NCBI RefSeq assembly: GCF_018977255.1
Contig: NW_024704743.1
Location: 71,984,001 to 72,048,000 of the forward strand
DNA length: 64,000 bases
Direction of reading: 5' to 3'
Source of the DNA: Callorhinchus milii
Lineage: Eukaryota
The notes beneath the pieces were generated by a model that worked only from the letters and a program-made list of their open reading frames with translations, was not told the DNA's origin and did not search any database. Each line of letters starts with the position of its first letter. The stretch's first letter is position 1. This document shows positions 48,666 through 60,702 of the stretch, one piece after another. Made by a program: the position numbers and the translations under genes.

Positions 48666-51600
48666 CCAGGTAACTGGGGAAGTGGATTAATCTGCAGTAT
48701 TTCTTAAACTGTTACAATTTTTCTCAACTAATAAGACATTTGCTCTGGATTTAGATCACGTTGGAGTGGAGTTCCTGTAGATTGCTGTGACATATTTCTG
48801 ATTAGAGGAACTATATAATGGAATTTGCTGTTGATTACCAGGAGTTGCCATTTGCACAACTTGGATTTTTTTATTAAGGAATTCCATTAAGAAATACCAT
48901 AATTAGACGCCATTAGAAATAGACTTCATCACTCAAGTTCACCTATAAATGCACAGTCACTACACACTACAGTAAATCCTGTTAAATACATTGAGACATT
49001 TCAACTATGATGTGGAGCTATACCAAATGCAAGTTCATCAAAATTCCAGCTATTCTTAAGTAGGATGTGGAACCTAACATTTTCACTGAGAAGATCCACT
49101 TTTGCCTCAAATCTGTGATAATTTTACCCTTATTTTATTTTTAAAAATGTTTAATGCATGCAAAGTCTTCTAAATAAAAATTACTTTGGGAACGGTTTCA
49201 ATTAAGTTCCAGTGGCACAAGCAAGTCCATAATTTGCCACTATTGGACTCAGATATTGATTTAGGAAATTGAGATGTCACTAATGTGGGACTGATGGTTA
49301 ATAAATTGAGTTTAATTCACATTGCTAGTGACAAGCTTTAATCCCAATCTGGGAACAGTTGAAGCTGTTTGTGGTTGAAAACAGCAAAAATGTTCTGTCT
49401 CTAGATTTGATGTCTGTTCACTTTCTTCACAAAGCGAGCATGGGTGTTTCAGAACAGACACAGCGTGAAGACCAAATTTAGGGCGAGGTTCTGGAACTCT
49501 ACCACTATATCACCAGGCCTGTTCCCACCCATTTTAAATGTTAAGATCATGGCCTTAAGGCCCAGACCAGTATCAGAGATTGCTTCCTGCACCCTCTACT
49601 GAATCAAACTCAGCCACGCATCATCTCAGTGCTCACAGAATCCAGTATCCCTGCAGATTAATTGCAAAGTCCTTCCTCTCACCTACAAATCCCTTCATAC
49701 CCTAGTACCTCCAATATTTTCTCCTACCCTACTCCTCCCTTGCCCCATCTCTACAGGTCTTTAAATCCTGCCTTAAAACCTACCTCCCCAACCGTGGACA
49801 ACCCCATCTTCTCTTCTCCCTTACTTGGCATTTTCCCTGCCTTTGTATCCAACATGAAGGATACTATATAATTAATAATAATTGTAAGTTATTGTAAGAA
49901 TTCTACAAATCTGTAAGATGCTTATATTTACAAAACCTATTTAATATAAGTTTAACTTTGAGGAGGCAGTGTGAAACTTTTGTTTTCACACTGAGTCTAA
50001 GGTAAGTTTATTTGGAGAAAAGGAACCTTTTCAAACAAAGTGAAACAAGTTTGGAAGTGGTCAATGACATCACCCTTAGGTTTTTATTGATATTGAAGGC
50101 CCGATACTGCTGATGTCGCTTCATTAACATTAAAAATGCAATCATATTCTAACACTGTTAATGGACCTGTGCTTTGCTGAAACAGCTGGTGATGTGGAGC
50201 TGATGTACAGTAATTACTCAAAACTGTCAGGTCATCATAGCTTTACTGCAGCTACTGGTCTGACACTGGTACCTTTAATCCAACTAGAGCATAAAAATCA
50301 GCAAACAAAGCTTTTAATGATAGACCAGATGTTGCACACAAGGTCATTGTGGCTAATTTACATTTCAGATTAAATCCTCTCAATCACAACTGCCAACATG
50401 TTCCATTTCTCTACCAAGGTCTAATGGAGATTTATTTGACAACAATCAGTGCCCATATACTGCTGTCTGAATTACCTGGAACTATCAGCTAACAAGTTAA
50501 TCTGCTGCATGTCAGTGAGAGAACACACATTTTACACAGAGGATCCTTTTAGATACCTGAACTAAAATGCTGACTAATAGATACATGGAGGGGGTTTCAT
50601 GGAGAACAATGGATGGGTGGAAGCGATTACGAGATTCATTGTTGTCTTGCAATCCTTCCCAAATTTTAATCCCATTGTATTTTTAAACTGATATATTCAG
50701 TGTTATTCTTAAACTACAACATTGCAAATGTGTTGAAGTTAACTGCAGGGTTCTTTTCCCCGACTGGCAGGTGCCACGGCAACACCAATGGTTTGGATGC
50801 TCCATTTGTTTGGAGTGCTGCTGTCCTCAACGAAATGTTAACCTTCATTATAATCACTGGAAGAATGTAATCTGTAGTGATTTATTGTCATACCTCACTG
50901 ATCTATATATTGCAATGGTGTAACCCTCTGATGTGCCCAGATGCCATTTTAAAATTCTAATAGACATTGCAAACTAACCCCAGCAACCAGGAAACCTAAA
51001 ACAAGTTGCAATCCTGTAGCATTCAAAATACAGTCTCTCTGTAAAGTGCTTTGAGACATTTCAATGAAATGATAAGGTTCTAGATGAAATGTTAGGATAC
51101 TATCATTGCTAGAACCATCTTGAAGCTGAGCATTTTCCTGTGCTTGGAGCCGGAGAGCTTCATACAAATCTACCAGGGATAGCTCACTTTTCTGCATGTG
51201 CTTCAGATAGTGGGGTACATTTAGCAATGTTATGATGTTCTATGTACCACTGGCAGTCCACTTAATGACCTTATGATATTTAGCATTAACTGGGCATTAC
51301 ATATCTCTGGATGTGCTGGTGAGGTGGACTTCCTGGTACCCTTCTTAACAGTTGCATTGAGAAACTGGTCAGTTACTGGGATAGACTTGTAACTAAGTAA
51401 AAACAGAGCAGAGCCAGTTTCCTGCTAATCAGCAGTTGAAAGCCACAATAAAAAAATCTGTAAGCAAGACAATAAATTAACTTCCAGCGTTATACAATAA
51501 TCCTTGCATTTGATTTGGCACCTTATCACATCACAGAGGTGTCTATATTTTACTGTAAAATGTAGTGATTATCTATTTGTAGATGAGCACTGAAGACACT

Positions 51601-51911
51601 GCACACAGTAATATCCCACAAGCAGCCACAAAATGAACAATTTTATTCAGAGGGTTATTGGCCAGGACATCTAAGGAAAAGCCACTTCTTGTGCACCCTC
51701 TTGTGGCCAGCTCAAAAGTAGTAAAATCTGCAAGCCTCACAATTTCTGTCTCGACTGGAAGATGTACATAGCCTGCAGGAGAATAACCCCAAATTGCATA
51801 TGCAGAACTATCCTGGTATGTTATCAAAACATATTCAATTATTATTAATAGGTTAGAATGCTGTTCTTTCACCTCAGACATTAGTTTGAATGCAGATGAA
51901 ATTTTTTTTAA

Positions 51912-52263
51912 TAATACTTGCATTTGCCTTATCACGTTGAGACCTCTCAAAGTGCTTCACAGAATATACTGTAAAGTGAATTGACTGTATATTTTGTGGG
52001 CAAAACGTGGCAGCCAATTACGCACAGCTATATCCCACAAACAGTCGTGGATGGAATGACAAAATTATTTTAAAAAATTTATTTTGAAGGAATTATCCTC
52101 AGAAAAGCAATCCGCCAATCGACTAACAACCAGGTTCCTACTTATTGCTAGGTAAACAGAGGCGTGTGGAGTAAGGAAACTTGCCCAATGTTTCGCCCTG
52201 TGGGAACAGAACCCATGTTTCTCACTTGCAAGGTGAGTGCTCTAACCACTAAGCTACAGGATT
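51912..52263 (-). mobile_element. tRNA-derived SINE, full-length long variant
   Basis: Contains the extra segment aatccgccaatcgactaacaaccaggttcctacttattgctaggtaaacagagg. Confidence 0.8.
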
Positions 52264-52665
52264 CTGATTTTTGGTCAGATACCTGTCAAAGTGTGATGTA
52301 TTTTTTGTGTTCTTCCACTCTCTTCCCAGTGGCTAGAAGCCATGAGGCAGATTCATTCAGAGCTGGAAACATTCAACATGTTTGAAATTGGGCCAAAGGA
52401 AAGTAAGTAGTAAAGGATTTCATTGTCAGGAGTCACACCATGCAGTTTGAAGAGAATAATAATCCCTCCAAAACAAAAAACGATAATAAATTGGTCATTT
52501 TCAATCCACGACTGTTTGTGGGACACTGCTGATATACGGTCAATTCACTTTACAGTCTATTCTGTGAAGCGCTTTGAGATGTCGAGAAGACGTGAAAAGC
52601 GCTATATCAAATGCAGGGATTATTATTATAATAAACATTCATCACAAAATATTTCACACACAAAA

Positions 52666-53332
52666 TATACAACAAGATTCCATTTATAGAGCGCCTTTCA
52701 CGTCGGGAGGACGTCCCAAGGTGCTGGACAGTTGGGTCAGGACCCGAGCCTTGGGGGGGAAATGGTCAGTGGGAGGGAAGGGATGGGGCGAGGAGGGGGT
52801 AGAGAGTTGAGAGGGGAGCTGAAGGCACGGTCGAAGAGAAAGGTCTTGAGACCGGCCTTGAAGGAGGAAAGGGAGGAAGCGGCGAAGGCACTGGGGGATA
52901 GAGTTCCAGAGCCTCGGGGCTGAGAGGCTGAAGGCCCGGCCACCGATGGTAGAGCGGTTGGGGCGGGGGATGTGGAGCAGACCGGAGCCAGAGGAACAGG
53001 CAGGTAAGTAGGGGGATAGTAGGTCAGAGAGGTAGGAGGGAGCGAGGCTGTGAATGGCCTTGTAGGTGAGGATGAGGATCTTGAATTCGATCCTCTGGGG
53101 GATGGGGAGCCAGTGGAGGCGAGCGAGGGTGGGAGTGATGTGGTCGCGAAGCCTGGTGCGGGACAATACACGAGCTGCAGAGTTCTGAATGACCTGCAGC
53201 TTGTGGAGGGAGGTGCCGGGAAGGCCGGCGAGGAGAGAGTTCCCATAGTCCAGCCTTCAGGTGATAAAGGCGTGGACCAGAGTTTCAGTAGTGTGAGGGT
53301 GAGGTAGTGCTGTAGTCTGGTAATGTTTCGGA
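52666..53332 (-). mobile_element. 5'-truncated young L2 LINE
   Basis: [33 protein letters not shown], almost identical to 2000-2545, with a complete 3' tail. Confidence 0.92.
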
Positions 53333-53834
53333 GTCAATTCACATTACAGTATATTCTGTGAAGCACTTTGAGGTGTCTCAATGTTGTGCTAAGCCACTAT
53401 ATCAAATGCAAGGATTATAATCATCAAGAACAAATCAAAAAATAAAATGGTTTCTGATAGCTCAAATGGCCTTTGATCCATTAACCAATTTTAAAATACT
53501 TCAACAAATACTACATTTCCCCAAAAAATTGCTACTGTAATTTGTTTGGGGGTGGGGACATCCCTTTGCCTTTACTTGCTAGTTTATGAATCTATTCCTA
53601 GGATAAATAACACACTTCACCAACAACATGTTGGATTAATCTTTGAAATCCAATGTTTTAAATTCCTGACATTAAAAAGGCATTCCTGACATTAACACTT
53701 TGTCATAGTAAGAAGAGAAATACAAGTCTATTGAAGCAGTTTAATATTTTATAACAGCTCACATTTTACTCAGGCTATGATTTAAATTTAATACACAAAT
53801 ATGAACTTGTTTTAATAAAGAATCAGTCTTTCAG

Positions 53835-54025
53835 CTAATAACTGTTTGCTATTGATTCTTTAACAGATATTGCAGAGGATGGTCCAATGCGGGTCCAGAT
53901 ATACCCCTTTTCAGGTCTGGTTGGAATGACTGGCAGTGGGGTTGATCGGGATCTGAAGTACTCAGAGGGTGCATGGCATATAAACTCAAAATGTTCCATT
54001 TTTCTAGGCAGATCTTCTTCTGGTC
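53835..54025 (-). CDS. GATAD1: GATAD1 exon 5
   Basis: ctttag|(G)PEEDLPRKMEHFEFICHAPSEYFRSRSTPLPVIPTRPEKGYIWTRIGPSSAISVKESIANSY, then TAG. Confidence 0.95.
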
Positions 54026-57000
54026 CTAAAGAGAGAAGGTTTATATACAGTGATGATATGGTTAGGCATATTTTCTAACTGGTGCTGAGCATTCCAACAG
54101 AAATGAGATTTGGAAGTCTTGCCGAGGAACTGCCTGCTCTAACATTAAAACATCAAAGTTAAAAATGCACTTGTTTTATATTTTCTGGGAAACCTGCCTG
54201 GCTTACGTATCAAGATGGCAGCAGCCTTCAGTTCTTGATGCTCAAAACTGATTTGAGTGTGATGGAGAGCTCAACACTGACATAAAATCAAAACATTACT
54301 GTCATGATGTCAGGTGTGGGCAAGATCCAAATTGGGCTCAGCAGCAATGTTCTTCACAGTTAAACAGACTATTGATGCTTCACACAATTTACTGTAAAGT
54401 GTAGTAGTTGTGCATTTGTTGACTAATGCAGCAGCCAATTTGCACACAGCAACGTCTGACAATTTTTTTGGTCAGCCGTGTATTTGAGACATGTGGAAAC
54501 CCATCACCATGCTTAAGAGTTTCTGAACCAAGCTGAGAATTCCATGCAGCCCACACTACACATGGAAATCCCAGACAGAATGAAATGCGCACCATCTGGA
54601 GGGACGCATCCTGATTACCTAATTCCGGAAAGCATTAGGCACAGGTTGGCAAGAGCCAAGGTTTGGGGACCCGAGTGTGCGTTGGTGTACTGCTGGAGTC
54701 AGCCATGAAGTGAATGACCAATATTATCTGGAGGATTGTTGACCAGGACACCAGGAAGAATTTTCTTTTCTTACTCATGAATGACTTTTTTTGTTTGCTT
54801 TTGATCAGTGTTAGGCCTTGCCGTTTGTAAAATATCTCACTGTACAAAGTGCCTCTCTACATGCTAATTACTCCAGTTGCGAATACATTTGTTTTCTCTC
54901 TGTTCTTTAATCGCAAGCAGTTCTAACTTTTTCACAACATTTTATTTATTTATCCTGCTCAGCAAACTTTCTATTTTAAGGAATGCTTTAATTCGTACCA
55001 AGGATATAAGTTGCTGGATCAAACTGGTCTTTGGAGCTTCCAAGAGTTGGGATAAGCCATGTTATCACTGCACTCTTCTCGCAGTACTGATCCTGCACAA
55101 ATCCTCGGATCTGAGCATAGTAGACCTTTTCATCATCTTCATCCACTGCAGAGACAATATCTCCAACTTGGTAATATATACCCTAAAACAAAAAAGTGCA
55201 CTGCTAAAGTACAATATAAATTTGAAATCTGTACTAGGAAGTCATATAGAAACAAGTCGAGTCTGATAAGTGTATGATGGTGATGAAATAAAAAAATTAC
55301 TCTGCAAGAATTTCTAGTTTAGCCCACAAACTTGCCCTTTAAAAATGTTTCTTAATTGACATTATCCACTTTCACTGAATGAAACTCCAATAGCATCTAT
55401 GTGCTTCTTTTCAGATTTGACCCCCAGACCCAGTTTTGAAGATAGACTGTTGATAATTGTAGATGCATTGAATCAAGGGCAAACTCAAAGTATATTTATT
55501 ACATGTATACAGCGCAAGCTACCCATTAATGTTAGAGTTAACGATAAGATTATTCATGCATATGATTTCACCAAAGTAAGACTGAAGTAAATCATAAAGC
55601 TGCTGCCATTACAAACTTATGGAAATATATGAAGTTACACTATTCTAAGGATATAGAAGAATGGAAAAGTTCTTACCCCATAGAAAATGGATTCAGATGT
55701 GATTATTGTAGATACAGATTCTGGTGCTTTAATAGGCTGCAAAACAGCACAGCAATGCTTATCTTTACTGATTTTTTGTTTGCAAATTTATATTATTGTA
55801 AACTAATTTTGATATCTAAAAAAAGCAGACACTAACTGGTCTAACAGAAGAATTCTGACATCTAATAGGTTCCCTCCCCTAAAATGCCATCTTTAAGTTC
55901 AAAATTCAGACATCAACATATTGAAAACTTCAACGCTGAATTATGTTTCCTCTTTATTTTAATTTGTTTTTAAAAAATGTTAACAAATATCTCTGGCACA
56001 ATTACTTAACAATGTTTACACAGGACATCATACATTGATATATTTTACATATATGCAGTGAGTGTCAAAACAGAGCTGTACATGCAGGAGTGGCAGTAAG
56101 AGGTCTGGAGTAGGAGGTCAGTTGTGCCTCTGCTGGTGGAGATGGTGAGAGTACACAACAGGTCACTCCCCATTATTGTGCAGAAGGAGCGAGGGTAGCT
56201 CCTCTCTTCTGCCACTCTGATAATGTAGCACTCTGCTCCACTCTTACATGAATTGTTCCATTAAATAATTCATGGCTAAAATTCCACTGATCACATTATG
56301 CCACAATCGATGAACAGAGACTCCTTAACAGCAATACTCAAGGGTTAGGGACACTCTCGTCTCCTGTGGGAGTTTGTGTGCAGGTTCGGTTCCTGATACA
56401 GCACGTTCTGGATTATTTGCTGCCAAACTCCACAGAAACCACAATTACACTGAGGCCAGAAACATTCTGAAAGTGTTTTAGAAAAATCACAAATCATATC
56501 ACAACTCCCTCTGTCAACACACAAGGAAAAACATCTCAGTCCCTTCATATTTTACAACATTCCAATATCAAAAGGGATAATTCCATTACTTTTATATCTA
56601 TTTTTTGGAGGACGAATTTATACAACGACAACAAGATTGCATTTATAGAGCGCCTTTCACGTCGGGAGGACGTCCCAAGGCGCTGTACAGTTGGGTCAGG
56701 ACCCGAGCAGGGGGGAAATGGTCAGGGTAAGGGGAGGGAGGGAGCGAGGAGGGGGTAGAGAGTCGAGAGGGGAGCTGAAGGCTCGGTCATTATACAATGT
56801 AACATTTCCTCCATTGGCAATTTAATAAGGGTATGATTATTAAAAAATAATTTCGGTTGGAGATTTACTTCAAAAGAAAAAAAAAATCAGACGTGGACAC
56901 TTCGAAACAGCACAAAATTCCTGATTGATTTTCTTTGGAGGAAAAATCATACAGTGGGCAACCGTACATCCAGGATAAATGCGGGCTGCATATCATATAG

Positions 57001-59172
57001 GCTGGAACAATAAACATGTATGGGCTCACAGGATTATAAATACATTCCATTCGCAACATTATTCTCTTGGTTAAGGCTTTAAATGGTTGAAGACTGTGCG
57101 TTAGATTCCCCTTACATTTTTTAACTTGAAAATGTGTCTTCTTCCTTTTCCTTTGGTCGAAACTTTCTTTTCGGTGGGGGGCGTAGACCTGTATTTCGTG
57201 TTCCTTAACCTCGCAGATCGTCTGTGAATTTCCTGTTTTGTCTGTCGAAGAAAACGTGTGTAAAAAGGCATTTTAAAAAGGTCCCGGGGTGGGGGAGGAT
57301 GGTTTTTTTTAAAAGGATAGGAGTGATGACAGCGGTTTTTAATGGGATGGGAACAGAACCAGAGGACCAGGGAGAGGTTTAGGATGTCAGTGAGTAGAGG
57401 GTTGAGGGGGGAGCTGGGAGGTAATGGGGGGGGGGGGGGGGGCGAGAGAGCAGGTAGTCAGTTTCATATGGGTTATGGGGTGATGAGAGGGGGAGTCAGG
57501 ATCGAAGGTGTGGGGGGGAGAGAGGGGGTTGTGGGGGGGGAGAGGGGGCTGTGGGGAGGGGGGTATGGGGGGGGGGAGAGAGGGGGTGTGGGGGGATGGG
57601 GGTGTGGGGGGAGAGGGGGGTGGGGGGAGAGAGGGGGGGGTGGGGGGAGGGGGGTGGGGGGAGAGGGGGGGTGGGGGGGGGAGAGGGGGGTGGGGGGGGG
57701 GGGGGGGGGGGGGTTGTGGGGGGGAGAGGGGGGTTGTGGGGGGGGAGAGGGGGGTTGTGGGGGGGGGAGAGGGGGGTGTGGGGGGGGAGAGGGGGTGTGG
57801 GGGGGGGGAGAGGGGGGTGTGGGGGGAGAGGGGGGGGGGAGAGGGGGGTGTGGGGGGGGAGGGGGGTGTGGGGGGGGGGAGAGGGGGGTGTGGGGGGGGG
57901 GGGTGGGGGGGGGAGAGGGGGGTGTGGGGGGGGAGAGGGGGTGTGGGGGGGAGAGAGGGGGTGTGGGGGGGAGGGGGGTGTGGGGGGGAGAGGGGGTGTG
58001 GGGGGGGGGGGTGTGGGGGAGAGAGGGGGTGTGGGGGGGGGAGAGGGGGTGTGGGGGGGAGAGGGGGTGTGGGGGGGAGAGGGGGGTGTGGGGGGGGAGA
58101 GGGGTGTGGGGGGGGGAGAGGGGGGTGTGGGGGGGAGAGGGGGGTGTGGGGGGGAGAGGGGTGTGGGGGGGGGAGGGGGTGTGGGGGGGAGAGGGGGTGT
58201 GGGGGGGGGGGGTGTGGGGGGGAGAGGGGGTGTGGGGGGGAGAGGGGGTGTGGGGGGGAGAGGGGGGTGTGGGGGGGAGAGAGGGGGGGTGTGGGGGGGG
58301 AGAGGGGGGTGTGGGGGGGAGAGAGGGGGTGTGGGGGGGAGAGAGGGGGGTGTGGGGGGAGAGAGGGGGGTGTGGGGGGGAGAGAGGGGGGTGTGGGGGG
58401 GAGAGGGGGGTGTGGGGGGGAGAGAGGGGGTTGTGGGGGGAGAGGGGGGTGGGGGGGAAGAGGGGTGTGGGGGGAGAGGGGGTTGTGGGGGGAGAGGGGG
58501 GTGTGGGGGGGAGAGAGGGGGGTGTGGGGGGGAGAGAGGGGGTGGGGGGAGAGGGGTGTGGGGGGGAGAGGGGGTTGTGGGGGGGAGAGGGGGTGTGGGG
58601 GGAGAGGGGGTGTGGGGGGAGAGGGGGGTGTGGGGGGGGAGAGGGGGGTGTGGGGGGGTGGGGGGAGAGGGGTGTGGGGGGGAGAGGGGGGTGTGGGGGG
58701 GGAGAGGGGAGTGTGGGGGGGGAGAGGGGGGTGTGGGGGGAGAGGGGGTGTGGGGGGGAGAGGGGGGAGAGAGGGGGGTGTGGGGGGGTGAGGGGGGAGA
58801 GGGGGGTGTGGGGGGAGAGGGGGTGTGGGGGGAGAGGGGGGTGTGGGGGGGAGAGGGGGGTGTGGGGGAGAGGGGGGTGTGGGGGGAGAAGAGTCCAGTC
58901 GGAAGGTGATGAGGACGGGGCGGGGGGTCAGCACGGCCTCGGGCTGTGGTATTTACCTGTTTGCCGCTGTTGCCTCCCCCGCTGCCCCCGTTGCTAGGCG
59001 GGGCCTGTGGCGGGGCCGAGGCCGGGGTCTGTCCCGGGGCGGCCAGGCCGCTGGCGGGCGGCTGTCTGCCCGAGCAGTTATTACATACGATCTCGCCCTG
59101 ACTGCTCTTCCTCCACATGGACGAGGAGTTGGCCTTACACACGCTACACGATGGCTTCAGCCCCAGCGGCAT
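53835..59172 (-). CDS. GATAD1: GATA zinc finger domain-containing protein 1, 5 coding exons, 777 nt, 258 aa (gene span)
   Basis: Exons of 216+126+60+184+191 nt join in frame. GATA-type finger MPLGLKPSCSVC...EIVCNNC, plus KQEIHRRSARLRNTKY, YYAQIRGFVQDQYCEKSA and GPEEDLPRKME. Confidence 0.95.
54999..55182 (-). CDS. GATAD1: GATAD1 exon 4
   Basis: ttttag|GIYYQVGDIVSAVDEDDEKVYYAQIRGFVQDQYCEKSAVITWLIPTLGSSKDQFDPATYIL(G)|gtacg, 184 nt. Confidence 0.95.
55677..55736 (-). CDS. GATAD1: GATAD1 exon 3
   Basis: ttgcag|PIKAPESVSTIITSESIFYG|gtaag, 60 nt. Confidence 0.95.
56620..56789 (-). mobile_element. L2 3'-terminal fragment
   Basis: Matches the L2 tails at 27084 and 52666. Confidence 0.85.
57116..57241 (-). 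CDS. GATAD1: GATAD1 exon 2
   Basis: cgacag|TKQEIHRRSARLRNTKYRSTPPTEKKVSTKGKGRRHIFKLKN|gtaag, 126 nt. Confidence 0.96.
57508..58888 (+). repeat. G-rich minisatellite, unit ~(G5-8 AGA G4-6 TGT)n, filling most of GATAD1 intron 1
   Basis: About 1.4 kb of G-runs separated alternately by AGA/AGAGA and TGT, essentially without C on the plus strand. Confidence 0.95.
58957..59172 (-). CDS. GATAD1: GATAD1 exon 1 coding part
   Basis: MPLGLKPSCSVCKANSSSMWRKSSQGEIVCNNCSG...GGGNSGKQ|gtaaat, 216 nt. Confidence 0.95.
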
Positions 59173-59345
59173 CTTTCCCCGGCGCCGCCGCCAGCCCCAA
59201 CCCAGCGAGCAGAGCGGAGCGGAGCAGGCAGCGGGCTGGGGAAGGGCCACCGCGCCGCCCACAGCGCCCCCTACAGCCAGGAGGAGCGGAGCCACCGAGC
59301 CCCCACCCACTGAGCACAGAGGAATGACTGAGGAGGAGAACGGAA
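59173..59345 (-). promoter_or_regulatory. GATAD1 CpG-island 5'UTR/promoter with a CTCF-like motif
   Basis: CpG-dense over 58900-59345. Minus-strand TGGCTGTAGGGGGCGCT at 59263-59279 resembles the CTCF core. Confidence 0.55.
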
Positions 59346-59981
59346 TGGAAAGGCACAAAAAAAAAGGATAGTAATCCCCGGTCACCATCTGACAGAGTAT
59401 CGCTGCTCACCGATAGGAGTCTTCCTTTGTGCATTGGTTAAACACCCAACTGTCCAGTCTCCAACAATGAATGGTGAGAGATGGGCTGACAGTTGTGGAT
59501 GGTAACAAATTCCAGGTTCTTGGCTAAATGGGGCAAGTGTGAGAAGCGAGCAAGGTCGGTCTTTTTAAGCAGAACAGTTTGGGACAGGACAGGTCCAGAC
59601 GATGGGGAGAGATTGACAACGTCAGGTCACTCAGAGGGAAAATCAACATAGATTGAAACTTGACTGTATAAATGAAACTTGTCGTCTTGATCACCAAATC
59701 AAATTTCCTTCACAGTGTCACACGTCTTATTTCTTACAGCCTTCCTGGACACCGATCTGAATCTCTGACATGCAAGCTGTAACGCTTTCTAATAAGAATG
59801 GTTTAATAGCCTTGATGTGAATTTGAAGCTGCCTGGGGAAGGATGGTAATTACTAGTTTTTGAAAGAGGCTATTAAAAACCATATGGGATCCTTGGCCTT
59901 ATAAATAGAGGTATAGAGTACAAAAGTGAGGAAGTTCTGCTAAACCTTTACGAGTCATTGGTTAAGCTTCAACTGGAGTAT

Positions 59982-60287
59982 ATAATACTTGCATTTGATA
60001 TAGCGCTTTTCACGTCTTCTCGATGTCTCAAAGCGCTTCACAGAATATGCCGTAAAGTGGATTGACTGTATATTTGTGGGCGAAAAGCAGTATCCAATTG
60101 CGCACAGCAATGTCCCACAAACAGTCGTGGATTGAAAATGACCAATTTATTATTGTTTTGTTTTTTTGGAGGGATTATCATTAGGCTCTGTGTGGAGTAA
60201 GCAAACTTACTCAAGGTTTCGATCTGTCTGGATTTGAACCCAGGTGTCCGCTTGCAAGGCGAGTGCTCTAACCACTGAGCTACAGGA
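59982..60287 (-). mobile_element. tRNA-Ala-derived SINE
   Basis: Family body and tail; the head ends ctaaccactgagctacaggac. Confidence 0.88.
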
Positions 60288-60380
60288 CAATTCTGGGCAC
60301 CACACTATAGGAAGGATATCAAGGCACTGGGAGATGAGATTCACCAGAATGGTACCAGGGATGAGGGACTTTAGTTGTGT

Positions 60381-60702
60381 GGAGTCCTGTAGCTCAGTCG
60401 TTAGAGCACTCGCTTTGCAAGTGAGAGACCTGAGTTCAATTCCAGGCAGAGGGCGAAACCTTGGGCAAGTTTCCTTACTCCACACAGAGCCTAATAATAA
60501 TCCCTCCAAAACAAAACAATAATAAATTGGTCATTTTCAATCTACGACTGTTTGTGGGGCATTGCTGTGCGCAATTGGCTGCCGCGTTCGCCCACAAATA
60601 TAGTCAATTCACTTTACAGTGTGTTCTGTGAAGCGCTTTGGGACGTCCTCCCGACGTGAAAAGCGCTATATCAAATGCAAGGATTATTATTATTATTATT
60701 AT
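60381..60702 (+). mobile_element. Young full-length tRNA-Ala-derived SINE
   Basis: GGAGTCCTGTAGCTCAGTCGTTAGAGCACTCGCTTTGCAAGTGAG..GTTCAATTCC, anticodon-like loop TTTGCAA, (TTA)n tail. Confidence 0.92.

Noticed and set aside
57342..59388. Five long Gly-rich or Pro-rich ORFs (427-630 aa)
   Set aside because: These result from the stop-free G-rich minisatellite. Only 58957-59172 is real coding sequence (GATAD1 exon 1).
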